Shown here piece by piece: positions 59,640 through 64,000 of a stretch of DNA of 64,000 nt. The stretch is from Takakia lepidozioides (taxonomy: Eukaryota > Plantae > Bryophyta). The stretch covers positions 6,634,001 to 6,698,000 of the forward strand of contig CM060733.1 in the NCBI GenBank assembly GCA_030704615.1, given 5' to 3'. The notes beneath the pieces were generated by a model, which saw only the letters and a list, made by a program, of their open reading frames with translations, did not search any database and was not told the DNA's origin. A program made the position numbers and the translations under genes. Positions within the stretch are counted from its first letter, which is position 1. The number at the start of each line of letters is the position of its first letter.

Positions 59640-60735
59640 ACACCATGAAGCCATACTTGGGATCTGAAATTGACTTGGTTATGCTCTGAGGCAAAGTCGG
59701 AGCGGATGCGCAATGGCACTCCGTACTTTGAGATTGTCTCTTGATACCCTATTGGAAAAGGAAACAACTCACATTCGTCAATTTCAAATATGAACCACAC
59801 TCAATTAGCATATGCAACATACATTGATTAGCAAAGATTCAACATGACTTATTCATATACTGGCATTAAACTAACCAAGTAACTACATAGTTTCCATAGC
59901 TTATATAACAAAACTGTTTGTGTAAAGACTACAGTGAATTTGTCACAAAACTGAAGAGAATGATCTATTTGACAATGTTAAGAAGATACCAGCAAATATT
60001 GTTTCTGCCTTCTTGTTGCGAGCCACAGTAGCTGTCAAGGACGAGAACATGACAGAACACAAACAAAAGATCAGACTAGAGGTATAAGACTAGACAAGAA
60101 GTCAAGGTCGGCGTGGCCGAATGCATGGTAGGTGAACATGAATCAAGATGATCTTTATAACAATGGACAATAGTACAAAATACTGGAACTCGACTCGGAT
60201 ACTGGAATGCTGGAAACTGGACTGAATACTGGAAACTGGACTGGAGTACTGGACTGGGAACAAGAGTAGCTTGAACTTGTGTTGGCGAGACTGAAGAGTG
60301 TCCAGTCTCGCCTCCTATATATACTGGCTACTAAGAAGCTTCCCTAAGAAGCTTCCCCTATGGAGGTTTTTTGCTGGAGAAGTTTCCAAGATTAAACAAA
60401 GGTTTCTTGATGGAGAAGCTTCCTTAAACAAAAGAGGTATCTTGATGGAGAAGTTTCCTCCAAACGAAGCTTCCTGAGTAGTTTCCCAAGTTACTCTTGG
60501 TAATTTGGTAAACTCCCGGTAACTTGGTAAGTAATGGTAAATCATGGTAGATCATGATAAATCACGGTAAGTCATGGTAACTTTCGGTTACATGGTAACT
60601 TGGTAACTTCTGATATTTACTCCTGGTAAGTTCCTCTGGGCTATGTCCGTGATAGTAGCCCTCAAAACAAAATGTGAAGCTCGGTCAATGCCAACGTACA
60701 CTCGGACACCAAATATACATAATTTATCATAGGCT
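59640..60735 (-). pseudogene. Second IS3EU-like integrase paralog, disrupted by a solo LTR
   Basis: Reads YDKLCIFGVRVYVGIDRASHFVLRA[solo LTR]TVARNKKAETIFA|GYQETISKYGVPLRIRSDFASEHN, with the same intron positions as 54007-54377. Confidence 0.8.
60033..60654 (-). mobile_element. Solo LTR of the Tcn1-like family at 61507
   Basis: TGTCA...TGATA termini and 5-bp TSD GTAGC (60028-60032, 60655-60659). The reverse complement aligns with 61507-62092. Confidence 0.93.
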
Positions 60736-61506
60736 GTAAGATAATCAAGGAAATTGGAGTCAAGGAACTGGCTCTACAAAAGAAGTTTATCGTGTATTAT
60801 ACATATATCATATTGCACCTCTACAAACAGCCAACAACACTGTTGCATTGCCTCAAGGTAGATGCTAACAATAATTCCTCAATTGCACTCCAGCCTCACT
60901 AGGAACTAAAAACTCTCTATATGTGGCGGAAAAGAATCTGTACGCAATTGAGTTATTCGGTAGCCCCTAGCACACTGTCTGAATGAGAGCTAATTATTAG
61001 AATGTTCAGATTCAGGTGACGTTGCTTACTTCTTACCCATATGTGATGGGCAAGGAGATGTTCTTTTTGAGCTAGACATATTGGGATACTTGCTATTGAG
61101 TGCAAAGAGGTTATTACCTTGTTACACTTGGGAAAAAAGCTTGACACAACATGTATGCAACGTGAGAGAATAAACATGAAACTCATAATACTTGTAACCT
61201 TTGCTGAGCCAGACAGTACACATTCTTCCTCGACAGACCGGAAAGACTTCATTTTAAGTTTTTGCAGTTAGTAATGACAGATTAAACTTAGAACTAAATC
61301 TGTATTCAATTAGCTTGCAAGAATTCCTCTTCTATATACAATGGTGTAATTTTTTATAATGCATTCAATTAGAGAACACCTACAATCCATATGCCACAAC
61401 GCCATGGGCATTGTGACATTATATTGCGTCATCGCGTCCTCACAAGTGTCCGTTCTCTATGTCGTCGTTCATAATGCTCTGGTGAAAGGGTTCGAAGTGC
61501 TGCAGC

Positions 61507-64000
61507 TGTCACGGACATAGCCCAGAGGAACTTACCAGGAGTAAATACCAGAAGTTACCAAGTTATAATGTTACCGAAAGTTACCATGACTTACCGTGAT
61601 TTACCATGATCTACCATGATTTACTATTACTTACCAAATTATCGGGAGTTTACCAAATTACCAAGAGTAACTTGGGAAACTACTCATGAAGCTTCTTTTG
61701 GAGGAAACTTCTCCATAAAGATACCTCATTTGTTTAAGGAAGCTTCTCTATCAAGAAACCTTTGTTTAATCTTGGAAACTTCTCCAGCAAGCAACCTCCA
61801 TAGGGGAAGCTTCTTAGGGAAGCTTCTTAGTAGCCAGTATATATAGGAGGCGAGACTGGACACTCTTCAGTCTCGCCAACACCAGTTCAAGCTACTTTTG
61901 TTTCCAGTTCCCAGTACCCTAGCCCAGTTTACAGTATCTGGTACTCCAGTCCAGTTTCCAGCATTCCAGTATTCAAGTCGAGTTCCAATATCTTGTACTC
62001 TTGTTCATTGTTATAAAGATCGTCTTGATTCCTATTTACTCATCGTGCATTTGGCCACGCCGACCTTGACTTCTTGTCTAGCCTTGTACCTCACAATGGA
62101 TCTTCAACCTTATGAGTCCCTACTACAACAAATCCTACTACAACGGTTCGTTCAAATCTTCAACAGACTACAAGGGAACCAAAGGTCAGCATACCCGAGA
62201 AATTTGATGGGACGAGATCAAGATTTCGCGGTTTTGTTCAACAAGTACGATTGTTCCAACGACTACATCCACAACACTACTCTGATAAAAGTATTCAAGT
62301 GGGATTCATGGGCACCCTTCTATCAGGCACTGCCCAATCTTGGTTTGCACCGCTATTAGAGAAAAATTCGCATTTACTATATAATTTTGAAGCGTTCATG
62401 TCCGAGTTCACTGCAACGTTTGGAGAGAATGATAGAGAGAGAGTTGCAGAGACAAAGATGCGAAATCTTCGACAAGGAGCACGTCCAACTTCTGTTTATG
62501 CTGCCGAATTTCGACAACTTGCGTGCGACCTTGACTGGAATGAGAAGAGCCTCATTAGTCAGTTTCGATGTGGTCTAAAAGATGATGTTAAAGATTTGTT
62601 GTTGACAATGCCAAACGTGAGTACACTGAGCGAATTCATCACCCAAGTTATTGCATGCGATAATCGTTTGTTCGAAAGACGTCAAGAGAAGCGATCTGGA
62701 TGGTCGACGACGCACCATGCCGCTGCTACTACGGCACCAAATACAACGATCCATCATACATCCGGTAATGATCCTATGCAAATTGATGCTGTCCGATTCA
62801 AGCCATTGACACCACATGAAAAACAAAGACGACGTTCGAATGGATTATGCCTTTATTGCGGAGAAAATGATCACATGACATTAAATTGCCCCAACAAGAG
62901 AAAATTCAAAGCTCGGGGCACCATTCAAGTGTTCGATACGAGGAGGTCGGAAACGAAGATGTCTTGTCACAGTAGGAACCATGCGGCTGGACACCCCAAA
63001 TTCCTCAAAAAAAAAAAGTCTCTTTCTACCTCCAGATTCTGTATCTTGTTTCACAGTTTCAGTAAATATCAGGATGCAAAATCGAGATATCTCCGTAGAA
63101 GCACTTTTGGACTCGGGCGCTTCAGCGTGTTTTATTGACAAAGACTTTGCGAAGCAAAACAATTTAACGCTCGTAAGAAATAAATTCTCGGCCCCTGTTG
63201 AAGTTATCGATGGACGACCGTTAGCATCAGGAAATGTTGACCATGAAACTCGACCCCTTGAAGTGAAGCTTAAAAATCAAGCATCACAGATTGTTTTCAA
63301 TGTCATCCAGTCTCCAACGAATCCTGTAATCCTTGGACTTCCCTGGTTTGTACTTCATAATCCTGACATCGATTGACAATCACGAAAAATTTCGGAAAGA
63401 CAAAAATGCAAAAGTACCAAAGGTATTCAACTCCTGTTTCTTGGAGCTAGAGCCTTCATGAAAGCTACAAAAAAAGAGGCGATATTTGCACTTTATGCAA
63501 CTCCGATCAAGACCACAACAGACAAAAGTACTTCAACATTACCCGCTCAATATCAAGATTTCAAAGATGTATTCGAGAAGAAAAATACAGATATATTGCC
63601 AGAACATCGACCTTATGACTGTGCAATTGAGTTACAAGAAGGAGCCCAACCACCATTCGGCCCAATCTATAACTTATCCCAGACGGAGTTGGCTGCATTA
63701 CGCGAATACATTGATGAAAATTTGTCAAAACACTTCATCCGACATTCCAAATCACCCGTGGGGGCGTCTATCTTGTTTGTGAAAAAAAAGGACGGATCAT
63801 TACGCATGTGTGTCGACTATCGCGGCCTCAACAAAGTCACAATCAAGAATCATTATCTGTTGCCGCTGATTTCTGGGCTAGACCAGCTGGGACGAACGAA
63901 AATTTTCACCAAAATCGACGTGAGATGAGCTTATAACCTTGTACGGATAAAAGAATGAGACGAATGGAAAACAGCTTTTCAAACAAGGTATGGACATTTT
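61507..64000 (+). mobile_element. Ty3/gypsy chromovirus (Tcn1/sushi-like) retrotransposon, degenerate, running off the window
   Basis: LTR from TGTCACGG at 61507. Gag EPKVSIPEKFDG...LLSGTAQSWF...LRQG...PMQIDA...CLYCGENDHMTLNC. Protease [24 protein letters not shown]...[11 protein letters not shown]. In-frame stops at 63374-63376 and ~63926. Confidence 0.93.

Noticed and set aside
48000-61500. Fungal or animal contamination explaining the integrase/HECT block
   Set aside because: It is contiguous with a plant PIF pseudogene and is interrupted by an LTR of the adjacent retrotransposon family with a clean TSD.

Overview
Eukaryotic nuclear DNA from a land plant, most likely an early-diverging lineage such as a bryophyte or lycophyte. 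This is inferred from the spliceosomal introns, PLS-DYW RNA-editing PPR genes, a Tcn1-like chromovirus and a bryophyte-style hAT transposase. The first ~20 kb is gene-dense. It holds PUR3/purN (- strand, running off the window) head-to-head with BMS1, which has an AT-AC minor-spliceosome intron, followed by a DYW-PPR gene and a type II 3-dehydroquinate synthase-like gene. The rest is mostly nested mobile DNA around a second DYW-PPR gene. It includes a ~8.2 kb element with hairpin-forming inverted termini carrying a dead fungal/Crinkler-type kinase, two TTAA-flanked piggyBac-like elements, and three PIF/Harbinger MITEs. It also contains hAT elements, an internally deleted Ty3/gypsy element inserted in a stray CHD/SNF2 exon, an L1 fragment, a PIF (phytochrome-interacting factor) pseudogene, Helentron-like endonuclease scraps, a solo LTR and a Tcn1-like retrotransposon. 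The most unusual feature is at 48-61 kb: a spliced, divergent HECT E3-ligase gene lying head-to-head with a spliced IS3EU-like (fungal/metazoan-type) DDE integrase gene, with a second integrase paralog nearby. This suggests a large ubiquitin-ligase-carrying DNA transposon family. All family assignments come from motif recognition by eye, not database searches.
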